In this document: in pieces, positions 21,851 to 34,799 of the stretch
How the letters are laid out: each line of letters begins with the position of its first letter
How positions within the stretch are numbered: the first letter of the stretch is position 1
Assembly: GCF_006345805.1 (NCBI RefSeq)
Contig: NC_042999.1
Location: 99,386,001 to 99,450,000 of the forward strand
From: Octopus sinensis
Lineage: Eukaryota
Length of the DNA: 64,000 nt
Direction of reading: 5' to 3'
Translations under genes and position numbers: made by a program
Notes under the pieces: generated by a model
Database searches by the model: none
Told to the model about the DNA's origin: nothing
What the model saw: only the letters and a program-made list of their open reading frames with translations

Positions 21851-22773
21851 ATTCTACTATTATGCTCTACAGCCCCATAGCTCCTTCCTTTTCTCAGTTT
21901 GCTCAAACTTAGAGAATAATTCTTAGTACAGTCTTTCTATATCAATATATGTATACAGTGATTACATTATACCTGATATAACAGATGGTAATTCATGGAT
22001 ATTTAGGCTATTTTTAGAAATGGGGAAATCCAGGACAGCTGTCGGCCATTCGTATTACCATATATTTGATGTATAGAATATAACCATTTCTTGTCAATAA
22101 CAAGTGAGATGCTGATAGCGATACTCTGCAAGAAGATCGTTCGATATTCATTTTTTATAGATATGTTTCCTGTATATCGCCCCTTTATATTCATCTTTTT
22201 GCCATGCTTGCACTTTTCTACTTCCAATTCTTCTATCCATTTAGTTTGCTTGTTAAATTCCCCTTATAGATATCCAATAGCAATTTGTTCTTTGGATGTA
22301 ATATTTTTTTGTAGTAATTGTACTGTTTATGATGCAGTTACGATATACTGATTTGGAAGCATTTTAACAACTGTCTGTTCAGCGCTTTGCATTTATGATA
22401 TGTCGATGTATAGTATACACAATTCAGCAGTGGCAATAAGTTTCTTGTTTCAGCTTAAGAAATCTATAATTTCAGGTTTCAAATTTCGTGTCATCAAACT
22501 GCTATTGTGAGTTTTCGTTTATATATTTCAGAAGTTTTGAAAATGCATTTAGCTATTGTTAAACTTCATATCTACGGGAATATCAGAGGCGTTATTCGCA
22601 GCTATAATACTTCGGTATTTGTAAAATGTGGGATCATATTTCGATAAATATGTTTGCGTTATCCATACAACGTATAACTCCTTACAATGATTTATTATAT
22701 TGATTTCTGGCACACACATACATGCACACACGCACACACACACATACATATATATATGTATACACACACACAC

Positions 22774-22805
<32 letters not shown>

Positions 22806-22840
22806 CACATATATGTGTGTACATAAATATATACGCATAT

Positions 22841-23004
22841 AGGCGCAGGAGTGACTGTGTGGTAAGTAGGTTGCTTACCAGCCACTTGGTTCTGGATTCA
22901 GTCCCACTGCGTGGCACCTTGAGCAAATGTCTTCTACTATAGCCTCGGGCCGACCAAAGCCTTGTGAGTGGATTTGGTAGACGGAAACTGAAAGAAGCTC
23001 GTCG

Positions 23005-23075
<71 letters not shown>

Positions 23076-23302
23076 CTATATATATATATATATATATGTT
23101 TATATATATGTTTGGTGTTTGTTCCTCCAGCATCGCTTGACAACCGATGCTGGTGTGTTTACGTCCCCGTAACCTAGCGGTTCGGCAAAAGAGACCGATA
23201 GAATAAGTACTAGGCTTACAAAGAATAAGTCCTGGGTCGATTTGCTCGACTAAAGGTAGTGCTCCAGCATGGCCGCAGTAAAATGAATGAAACAAGTAAA
23301 AG

Positions 23303-23305
<3 letters not shown>
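22841..23305 (+). mobile_element. Full SINE (second family) split by (TA)n
   Basis: tRNA-like head 22841-22925, body to 23005, resuming 23100-23305. Confidence 0.85.
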
Positions 23306-23379
<74 letters not shown>

Positions 23380-23825
23380 CATATATGCATACATATATGT
23401 ATGAATATATACACACACATATGTATATACATGCATATTGACGGAAATGTAAGGAGTAGGCATAGTCGAAATGGTTAAGATGTTCATCTTACTATTACAA
23501 GGTAGTTTTCATCTATTACAAGATATTGTTTATCAGTTGTATTCTAGAGTATCCTCGGTTCGATTTGAACTTTACAAGTGGTACTGGATTAATGAAAACT
23601 GCATATAATCCCGTCAAAGGTACTTTGCTTATAATTCAAAGAGCTAGCATTGTTAGATATTTCAATGATTCTACCCAGGTGATACGTTAAACATACGAAT
23701 GTTCATGGAATACTCCAGCACTCATGCTAAAGTTCAATGAGCTGCTGCTACCGTTGTTGTTGTTGTTGCTGTTTTTCTTCTTTGTTTTTCATCTTTGGCT
23801 CCATAATTCATTCAGATGGTGTATA

Positions 23826-24716
23826 CTGAATATCCGGGCTTAATTTGGTGATTTTCTATGTGTTCCCTATCCCATAACAGCTCAATATGTTGGTGAACAG
23901 TCAAGGGCGTCGAAGAGCATAAAGATTAAAGTTATAGTTCAGAAAAAGTTAGGTGACATTTAGGGCTGAAAAATCATCTGAGAATTGAAAAAGAATTTCT
24001 TGTATAATAACGAATCATACCGAGTATCAAGATGCTGACATTGCAACGACTGCTCAGTTCTCTATGAACATTGTAAAGACTGCAAGATGTGACGTGGACA
24101 TCTGTAACGAAGGCTACAAAGCCGTGGTCAGCAGGTAGGAATACAATAGGCGTTCAGACTTAGTCTGCACGCCAAAATTCATCCCCATATTTATGAATTA
24201 GGCCTTAGACTCAATTCAAACAGCTACGTGAAACTGCTGGAGACTGTAGTCAATCCCTGACCAGAGAGGGTTGCTGTTGGAAGACCATATGTGTGGCAGC
24301 AGGGCTCGATTCCTTCGTATATCTCCAGAAAGAGTCAGAAGTGGTTGTCGGAGAAATTCTACGACTTCATCAGTCCCAATTTCTGGCCTCCTAATTCTCT
24401 CAATTTCAGACGCATGGATTACTATGTATGCGGCGCGGTTGAGAAAGCCACCAACCGCTTTGCTTGCAATACCAAGGCAATGTTCTAAGTATTGCTCCTA
24501 AATCTTCCCCAAAATAGTGCGGAACGCATGCGCCAGGTTCTGGAGCCGTTTTGAGTTTGTGGTGGAAACTGAGGACGGTAACTTTGAGCAAACCGTTAAC
24601 TCTCAGTCGTAATGTAGATGATATTTTTTTGATTTTTAAAAAATACTTTTATTTTTAATGACATATTCTTTTCTTTTTTTAATATACAAACTGTTAAATT
24701 TATCCCGAACACCTTG
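23826..24716 (+). mobile_element. Internally deleted Tc1/mariner-superfamily relic
   Basis: PNFWPPNSLNFRRMDYYVCGAVE (WPPNSPDLNPLDYYVWG-like, 24291-24488). Degenerate TIRs at 23826-23846 and 24696-24716, each next to TA. Confidence 0.65.
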
Positions 24717-24894
24717 TAGTTCGGTTGGTCGTATAACTAGAACACTCGTCGTGGAAATCGTCTATGAATCAATTTACATTTCACAAGGATATTTAATGAG
24801 TCATTCCTTGTTTCCATTCTATTTAGTTGGGTTATTTTCGATGATGTTCTGCAATTTCGTTAAATACATAGTATTCTAGTTAGAAAGACTTTTA

Positions 24895-24925
24895 CATTAC
24901 ATACATACATATATACATATATACA

Positions 24926-24997
<72 letters not shown>

Positions 24998-25052
24998 TGT
25001 ATATGCATGTATGTATGTATGTATGTATGTAGGTATGTATGTATGTATGTAT

Positions 25053-25114
<62 letters not shown>

Positions 25115-25627
25115 TATATATATTATATATATTATATATAATATTATATATATATATATATATGAGCTAATTGGTCTTCTTTTCGGGTCAATATTTCGTA
25201 CCTGTTCCAGCGACACGCTCCAAATCACTTGTAAGATTTTAAAGAGATTTTCATGTTAATCAATTATATCAACCATGGTTTGAATTTTAGATGAACTGCC
25301 GTAGGTGATCATAGAATGATATAGACTGTGTAAGTATGCTATTAGTATGTATGTATTTTTATGTTTGTATGTATGTATGTATGTATGTATGTATGCATGT
25401 ATGCATGTATGTGTGTATGTATGTACGTATGTACGTACGTATTTATGTATGTATGTACGTATGTATGTGTGTATGTGCGTACGTACATATGTATGTATGT
25501 ATTTGTATGTTTGTATGTATATGTATGAATGTATGCAGGGATATCTATGTATTAATGAATGTATGTATGTAAGTATGTATGTACGTATGTATGATTGGAG
25601 AGATGGATGAATGGGTGGACGCGTATG

Positions 25628-25660
<33 letters not shown>

Positions 25661-25800
25661 GGTTCGTAAATATGCGTACGTATATGTACACATGTAAAAA
25701 TCTATGTATGCTTACGTATGGTAGTGCTTGTATATACATATAAGTATTCGTGTGCATTGGTATGTATGTGTACACGTATGTTTGAGTGTATGCATGTATA
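24895..25800. repeat. Compound (TA)n/(TATG)n microsatellite field
   Basis: Direct observation. Confidence 0.95.
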
Positions 25801-25920
25801 GGTTCTCCCACAAGCGTAGCGGATAGTTGTTTAACACGCTGTCAGCTTCTACGCTGTTTGTAGATAGATAAACTCATAATACTATATAATTGCGTGTACA
25901 TACACGCATACACACGCACA

Positions 25921-25955
<35 letters not shown>

Positions 25956-26248
25956 CACACACACACATATACATCTTTATGAATATAAGTATATATAGAC
26001 ATGTGCGTATATATAGGTATATATTCTGTATTCAAATTTGCTATGGGTTACTTACACTTACATAGGAATATGTGGATGTGTGTATATATATATATATATA
26101 TATATTAATCAATATAGGGTGGCAAAAAATTTTGTAGAATTTTTTTGCCACCAGCGGCCTAGTGGGAAAAAATTAAATAGTCATAGACCATTTTTAAGTT
26201 CAACATCACAATCAAGGAACGGCCTATTATGGCCGTTCCTTGATTGTG

Positions 26249-26250
<2 letters not shown>

Positions 26251-26336
<86 letters not shown>

Positions 26337-26476
26337 GTATGTATGTATGTATGTATATATATATATAAATATATGTATATATACAAATATGCACACATAT
26401 AAACATATAAATTGTATATACTGTATTATGTATGTGGATATATGTATATGTATGTATATATGCCTGTGAGTATATA

Positions 26477-26528
<52 letters not shown>

Positions 26529-26530
26529 GG

Positions 26531-26591
<61 letters not shown>

Positions 26592-26594
26592 GAT

Positions 26595-26683
<89 letters not shown>

Positions 26684-26695
26684 TTGATAGATAGA
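26251..26695. repeat. (TA)n, (GA)n and (TAGA)n tracts
   Basis: Direct observation. Confidence 0.95.
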
Positions 26696-27073
26696 TGTTT
26701 CAGGAACATTATTTGTACGACTATTGCGAAGTTTTATTTTTACTTGTCGTTTTAAATAAATAATTTACTTCCAGAATGAATAAATAAGTAAATAAAAAAA
26801 ATAGCACTTCAAAGGGAAATACTGCCAGTCATCATTTTATACTTTCAATTTTTTTTTGTTTTTACGATTGGTACCTGTTCACATGTTGGCGGACTTTCGC
26901 ACGAAAAGCTAACTGCTTTTAGTTATACAATCTGTCTTGATGATGATGGAATAAGAAACACCGACACACCTTTTAGTAACGTTTTACTGATTCTGTCAGT
27001 CTGTCTCCCTCTCTCTACCCGTCTCTTTCTATCTCTCTCCTTCTCTCTCTCTCTCTCTCCCTTCTTTTCTCTT

Positions 27074-27111
<38 letters not shown>

Positions 27112-27487
27112 ACACACACACACACACATATATATATGTTGCATGCATATAGCTATCTCCCCTCTATTCGCCTATAGACATACATATATGTGTAAATATA
27201 TATATATATATATATAGATATAGATACAGATACAAACACACACACATATGTATAATATATATATATTATATATATATGTATGTATGTATATATATTTGTG
27301 TGTCTGTATGTAAATATCTGTGTGCAACTAGTGTTAGTTTGTTTATGTCCAAGTAACCTAGCTTCTTGCCAATAGTGACCGATAAAATACGTACCATACC
27401 TAATAAAAAGCAAATACTGGAATCGATTCCTTCGACTGAAACCCTTCCGAGACGGTGTGTTTTGTGTATGAGTATTTGTGTGTTTGT

Positions 27488-27529
<42 letters not shown>

Positions 27530-28425
27530 ATGTGTGAGTTTGTGTATATACATATATACGCTTTTATTGAAATCACTGATATTGTCACCAAAACATTATT
27601 GCTATCAAAATTAATGGGTCTTTACTTAAAATGAATTACACATTATCCGCTTATTAGAATTACAGCGTTGGATATTGCTTTCAAAATATTTAAGTAGACC
27701 GATGCAGCACCGTTACAACCGCCGTGGACATCAAAAGAAACATTCTAGGCACGGATACCTGATAAATATAAGACGATGGTTGTGGTAGCCGTGAAACTGT
27801 ATGTTGGAGTTATATGTGGAGTTACTAGTGTGTTGTGTGAGGTTGGGGTGGCTGGCGGTATTATTGAGTATGTGTATGTAAAATAGACTGTAAAATAGAC
27901 ACACACAGACACACATACACACACAAAGATTTTCGTAAAAGTTATTAGCTATTTCAAAAAAATTCAAAATGGAATAACACGAATCGTATGGAAAGAAGTT
28001 TCTGTATTGTGTCGAAACGTTCTCCTTTTCGACTTTTTAAAATACTTCGGAGAAATAGTATTGCAAGCTGATTACTCTTTTTTTTTTTTAACGGAGACGA
28101 CAGTTCACAACAACATTTATCTGAAAATTTTCTAAAGAAGGAATCTTAACACTGAAATATTGAAATATATTGAAATACGACGTAAAAGTTCAAATTATCG
28201 ACCCATATTATTTCATATTTTTATTGTTTTAAATTGAAAAAAAATATGAATAATAAGAATTTCTATATATACACATGCATATATCCTTTAAGCTGGTTTA
28301 CAGAAAACATTTTTGTGTATGCTTATAAAAGCTCCTGTTTTATTATGCCGGCTACAGCATAATACAGGTGTATTGAGCTGTGTTTATATAATGTATGATA
28401 ATATAGTAATAATAATGATAATAAT

Positions 28426-28479
<54 letters not shown>

Positions 28480-28481
<2 letters not shown>

Positions 28482-29260
28482 TCGAATCCTATCTTTCTGA
28501 TCATATCTTGAGAATTGCATGCGGTGCATGAAGTTCTGAAACATGTACAGAACTTCATGCCCCGCTTGCAATTCTCTGGATGTGATCAGAAAGATAGGGT
28601 TCGAGTATACAGGAGTGCTAGAAAGAAGTTAGATAACATTATATGTAATGATACCAGTGGTACCTGCCCTAGATATAGAAACAAAAACTTGAACAGGATA
28701 CAAACAGGGTGAAAATGTAGTATAAAACCAACAAACATCAAGGAGTGATGTGTGTAGAGGCCACAGCCCATAGAGAACTATCCCGTAGATTTAGGAATGC
28801 TCTGAAGGAGACCAAACTCAACATTAAGACTGTTGAAAAGTCAGGGAACTCCGTTAGATTACAACTATGTAGGACGTACCCCTTTGAGAATACCATATGC
28901 ACCAAAGATAACTGCATGGGATGTAGGATTAGCCCTGGCATTAACTGTAGAACTAGAAATGTAGTTTACAGCATAAGATGCTTAGAATGTGCTTGTAAAG
29001 CCATGAACATGACATACATAGGGAAGACATCTAAGAGCATTGCAGAATGACTAAATGAACAGTTGAGACAATATGACGACAAAAAACAGCCCTCCATACT
29101 CTACCAATATGCCAAGGATCAACATGGAGGGAACCTGGGTCAACTTGACATCCGCATTTTATCCAAGCACCCAAAGGACCCAATACTCAGACAAATACTG
29201 GAGTACGTCCTCATGAATGAAACATCCCCTGTACTAAATAGGAAATATACGTAGTAGATA
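28480..29260 (+). pseudogene. Penelope-like element 3' fragment: RT C-terminus, Cys-rich linker, GIY-YIG endonuclease
   Basis: RLQFSG..QKDR and DTSGTCPRYR, then CTKDNCMGC..C, NVVYSIRCLEC...YIGKTS, HGG, RQILE..MNETSPVLN. Contains stops and frameshifts. Confidence 0.85.
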
Positions 29261-30472
29261 TCATACCCCCATAACCACAAGTAGAGTAGAATAGTTAGTG
29301 AGCTGTTATCTAGATAGATGTATGTGTGAGTGTGTATATGTGTATATGTGTATGCACATTTATGTAGGCATATGGATATGAATGTAAGCAGATAGACATA
29401 CAGACTGTTAGGCACATAAGTTATATGAACAGACAAGCACTCATACACACACATACATAAATGAAGACTGAAACACATGACCATATAGATGTTTATATTT
29501 TAACCACTGAGTTTGTCTTTTGCCTCGGTATTTTACTCGAGCACTTCTATTTACCACCCTATATTTATTTTATTTTTCGATTCCTATAAGGAGAAACGAA
29601 ATTTGAAAGTTTTCAAAAATCACTAGGACATTTCAATGCAAATTCTCATATGAATGTTATTCAAACATTTTCAAGTTTTCAACCGATTTTCTTGAAAATT
29701 TTATACACAGATGGAATATGGGATGAGGATGGGTTTAGACAAATATATTTTTTACCTAGGCCACTCAAGCAAAGCGTAAGATGATTTTTGATTAACTGAT
29801 TAACGAAATTTGGCCTAAATTGTTTTGGGGTTAAAATGTTCATCATTTATTTCAGCATTCTCAGGTTGCTGTAACATTTATTTTCTTAACACCTGCACTC
29901 AAAATTACTAAAATATGTAACATGTATTTTCTTAACACCTGTACTTTATATTGTTGGCTCTAATTGTTGCAATCGATATTTGATTCTCACAATCAGTGGA
30001 ACTATACACATGAAACACAGTCGTCTCGGGTTGCAAGAAAATTTGTCCCCAAATAATCATTTTTAATGCCTTTTTTCACTCCTCATAGCATCTTACGACT
30101 CTTATGACCACTACGTTGTCGCCCCTTCATTCCGACCGTTTTTGTAAGTATAAAATCTCTTTTCTGTAAATAATTTTTTGTTTACTTTTCAAACTTTTAT
30201 GTTCTTTTTTTTCTCATAGCATTCCTTTACAATTCCGTTCTTGATGTTTCCATTGATTATATACTTGCAGCTTTCCACTCATCTGACCAAACGATTGTAA
30301 TTTTTAGGTTACACGCGTATTTATTTGTATCCTTTCGGGAATGAATTTACTTACGCCTCCCCATGTCTTGATTTCATTTTTCGTTTGAGAAATTAGGCAT
30401 TGTAATGGGCACTGGGAATATCCCTGCTTCCTGGCATTATCGGTTTCCTCAATTAGTCTCTCTCTCTCTCCT

Positions 30473-30521
<49 letters not shown>

Positions 30522-30522
30522 T

Positions 30523-30590
<68 letters not shown>

Positions 30591-31743
30591 GATAAATATT
30601 TAGGTAGATAGATAAATAAAGAAAGCGAGAGAGACAGACAGACATACAGAGGGAGAGAGAAGGAGATGCAGGGACAGAGACAGTAAGAATTACATATTGT
30701 CTTCTTTCACGTGTATTTTAGTTATTTGAGTCATCTGCTACGGCGCAAAAGGATTGCAGGAGCTTCTCCTGACTGATTTTGTACAGACACCATGCCTTAT
30801 GATTAAGTAGAATACGAAAAGGAAGCAATGAGTTCAGGACGATGAAGCAACCAAGTTAGAAGATTACCAAATAACTGATAATGATATATAGCTGCGTGGG
30901 AGTTGATTCTAATGGAAAAGCAAACATGTACGATGTCATGAAATTAGAGAGATTGAAATTTCTGTAGTGACTATCTTTTATGATACATAGTTATTTTTTA
31001 TTCAGAAGAAATATATAAATGTCGTCTTCGAAATTGGTTCAATTTTTGTAATTCGATGAAGTCTTTCAACTACCGTTTATCTGCTGTCTGGGCCCCCGCA
31101 TACGCAAACACGTTAACATCTACGTATATTACGTGCGCGAGTATGTATGTATGTGTGTGTGTGTTTGTGTGCATGGGTGTGTGTTTATGTGTGTGTACGC
31201 ATATATACCTTTTTCTGCTTGTTTGTATTCATGTATCTGTGTAAGTGTAAGTTAGCTTCTTCTCCAATATAGCCTTTCTTCTTTCTTGTCCTTCCTTTTC
31301 ACTCATTCATTAATATGGTGTTTACGAACACCATATTAATGAACTCAGTATGGTGCCTGACACAGATGTATTGATATTCTCATTAAAACGCCATAGATGG
31401 ATTTCCTACAAAAGGTAGCCAGTAGAATTGCTAGACCATTGTTGTTTTACCCCAGTTAGAGACAGATTCGAATTACAGATAGAAATCTTATTGTGGTGTG
31501 AGACGAAGTCACCATCAAAAATTTTTTGGTATTCTTTTTAATCCATACTTAACATCTAGCATGTGCGTTGCCTGATGGAAAGTCATAGCAGCATACAATA
31601 CCTATCACAATATGCGGCAGATTAAAATTAATATGGTACCTCTAACAATGCTGTATACAAATAAAAGACACAAAGCAACATCAGCTATAAGATAATTCCA
31701 GACCTTGGACATTACAAAAAAAAAGTGTAGAACGATGGCGGAA

Positions 31744-31962
31744 CTAGAATAATGAATAGTCCAGATCTAGATCTACGTTTCGAGCATTGTCTTGTGTGAA
31801 ATATACACGCTGGCCATTTTCAAGATGTACAGGTAGATTCACTACTGTTGGATGCCGCTCGTGGTTTTTGAAGCCCTCATTGGAAGAAATATACCTGCCC
31901 AACTTATACTGCTGAATTTCATTTGCCTGCCTATCCTCCTGTTCAAATCCCAAAACCGCCAT
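31744..31962 (-). pseudogene. Helitron Rep/helicase fragment
   Basis: EIQQYKLGRYISSNE..HERHPTVVNLPVHLENGQRVYF matches the conserved motif following the Rep domain. Confidence 0.8.
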
Positions 31963-32199
31963 ATCTGAGCATTTATGGATGTATTTATGTACATATTTAA
32001 TACTTTTTATAGAGTTTCATGACACAATATTAACATGGGCCAGCAATGTTTTAGACAGCAATGGGTTGCAGGGCACGATCCACCTGTTGTCAATTTCCAT
32101 CCCTTGACCACCTACTTTGAGCTTGGTACTGTTTAGGGTTATTTCCCTTGGCTGTTAAAGGAAAATATATTGGTTATATATGTGAACCCTTTCTAGGGG

Positions 32200-32378
32200 C
32201 CCTAACAATCAAATTATAGATTTTTTTTTATTAAACTTCAATGAGCGTAGTAAAAAATTGAATATTACTTTAACATGTTTGCAAAGTTTCACGAAAATTC
32301 GTTAACGGGTGTAGATGGCAACATGACACAAACAGACGTCCAAACAGACAACTTGCGTTTATGTATTTTTAGATTATA
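32200..32378 (-). mobile_element. Helitron-like 5' head, possibly belonging to the Rep fragment
   Basis: Reverse complement ATCTAAAAATACATAAACGCAAGTTGTCTGTTTG...AACGAATTTTCGTGAAACTTTG resembles non-autonomous Helitron heads. Confidence 0.4.
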
Positions 32379-32563
32379 ATCCTGGTTATCGCCTCATTAA
32401 CACACCATGCAGAATCGTGACTAGCGTAGTATTCAAAAATCAAAAGCAGAGGCTTAAGACTTCGATTGGCACTAAAGAAAGCACTACACAATTCCAAGGT
32501 AAGATCCAGCAGGCTTATATTATATAAGCCCCGCAAAGTGAATAATAAAATAACTTAAATAAA

Positions 32564-32917
32564 GAAAGAAGTCAAAATGACATTACAATTGTTTTCGTAA
32601 ACAGTCAATATCATTTATTCCATGTAACATAATATTTTATGCATTCATACAATGGTATATAACACAACATAATATATGGAAATATGCATTATTCCTTTAG
32701 CCCATTCACTTCTTCGGATGTCATGATTTGAAGGCGCGATCGATCTTCGAATGAAGACATCCTTCAAATCAAGACATTCGAAGAAGCAATGGGCTAAAGG
32801 AATGTTATCACATATTTCCATATATCATGTCATATATTACATAACATTGTATGCTATATGGAATAACTGATATCGCCCATTTACGAAAACAATTACAATG
32901 TCATTTTGACTCCTTTC
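32564..32917. mobile_element. Palindromic MITE/foldback element
   Basis: Imperfect ~165-bp inverted arms, e.g. GTCAAAATGACATT / AATGTCATTTTGAC, TTCCTTTAGCCCATT / AATGGGCTAAAGGAA. Confidence 0.75.
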
Positions 32918-34020
32918 CTCAGTTAAATTGTGTGTGTGTATGTGTAAGAGTGTACTTATACGCGCGCTACACGCAAATATTTATACCTCAATTATTACAG
33001 GGGGCACAAAATTACACTGAGTGATGTTTCTAGTAATAGAAATATATACTGTTCATAACTGAATGGAGTGTATGTTGTGATGTTTATACCTCTCTGAATA
33101 ATGGTAGTATCGCAAAGGGCTGTCAAATGCTTTAGATATGGAATCGAAAGCTTATCGATGATTAGTTGATTAGTTTGATTCTTTGAATTCTAAGTATTGA
33201 CTCAATACGCACGCACGCGCGCACGCACATACACACACATGCACATACACACACACACATACACGCCCGCGCGCGCACACACAATAACATTGATACAAAG
33301 AGACCCACTCCTCAACTCATGCACACAAGCACAAACATCTTTTTGTAGACAAACATGTTCACACGCACATAAATACACACCCATGTAATACAAGCACGCA
33401 TTCAAGTCAGAACTACACGTGCGTGTACACACATGCATAGTTATACTCACATATTACAACTATCTTTGTTTACTTTGAATTTTTCTCAGACAATGTTCTC
33501 TCCACCCACTTCTATAATTTTACTCTCTTTTCTTATCTAGTATTTAATTCTCTTCTGGTTCTTTCTTCCTTACTCTCTCTCTCTTTCCCTCTTTCTCTAT
33601 TACGGGCTGTGATCTATACTCTTTTCTTTACACGAGTCATATTTTTTTTATCGATGTCTCTTCATTCAACCTATTTTTCCTTTTACAAATACTTATTTAT
33701 AAACTACTAAACTTTACCGACTACAACCTAAGTGAAGCTGGTAACTTGAAAATCAATACAGCCATCTTTCTTTCTTTAGATCTCTCCTTGTCTCTGTGTA
33801 TGTGTCTCTTTCTCTGTCTATCTCCCTCTTTCTTTCCTTTTACTCCCCCTCCTGTTTTTTCAACAACTTTATTTGTGTGTGTTTGTTTCTCACATACAAC
33901 TGCAGAAACACACATTTCAAATGTGAGAGTGTGCATTATCTAATCACACATACATACCCACCAACACGTGCGCACACACATGTATGAATATGTTTGTATG
34001 TGCGTGTGTGAATGTAGAAG

Positions 34021-34060
<40 letters not shown>

Positions 34061-34799
34061 CGTGTATATGGGTGTGTGTATGAGTGTGTATGTCTATGTG
34101 TGTGTGTGTGTGTGCTCGCAAAAGTATACATATATTCATTCAATCGTTCACACATAAATGTATTCGTACATACATACATACATACATACATACGTACATA
34201 CATACATACATACATACATACAGACAGACAGACATACATACATACAGACATACATAGTTTAATGATGTTCTCATTTCAGTCAGTTTGTTTTCTCAGCAAC
34301 GTATAACACATAAACTGATAAACTGATCTTAACAGTTTCTATTTAAGTATTTAAGCATTTTCCTTGTGTAAATAGTAAGTGAAATATTTATCATTTTACA
34401 CAAGTTTGAATAATTCAGTATTAACCAGTTAAGTCTGATCATTATCTGTCTCAGATAAACCACCTATAACACATATTTATGCCAAGAAAACAGTTTGGCG
34501 ACACTATACCCTCGTTATGTGAATAGTAAACGTAGAAGTATAATTGACAAATACGATATAAATACTAGACTAGACCTTATTATTTCTTATGATCTCTTAT
34601 TGCACATGCACAAACACTCCAGTACAGCATTAACAAAACAAGCATAATAGGGTTCGTAATACCCTAAAAGAGCGCAGGAGATTTCTTCTTGGAAATCCTA
34701 ATTTCACTATTGGCTTCCATAAATAGACGTCGTACGTGCCTCTACTTCCATATCGGCTCCAAATCGCGTACATAAAATCTACGTATTTTCTGCAAAAGT

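Noticed and set aside
29452-29485. ATGAAGACTGAAACACATGA as a PLE hammerhead remnant
   Set aside because: No CUGA core and no stem II.
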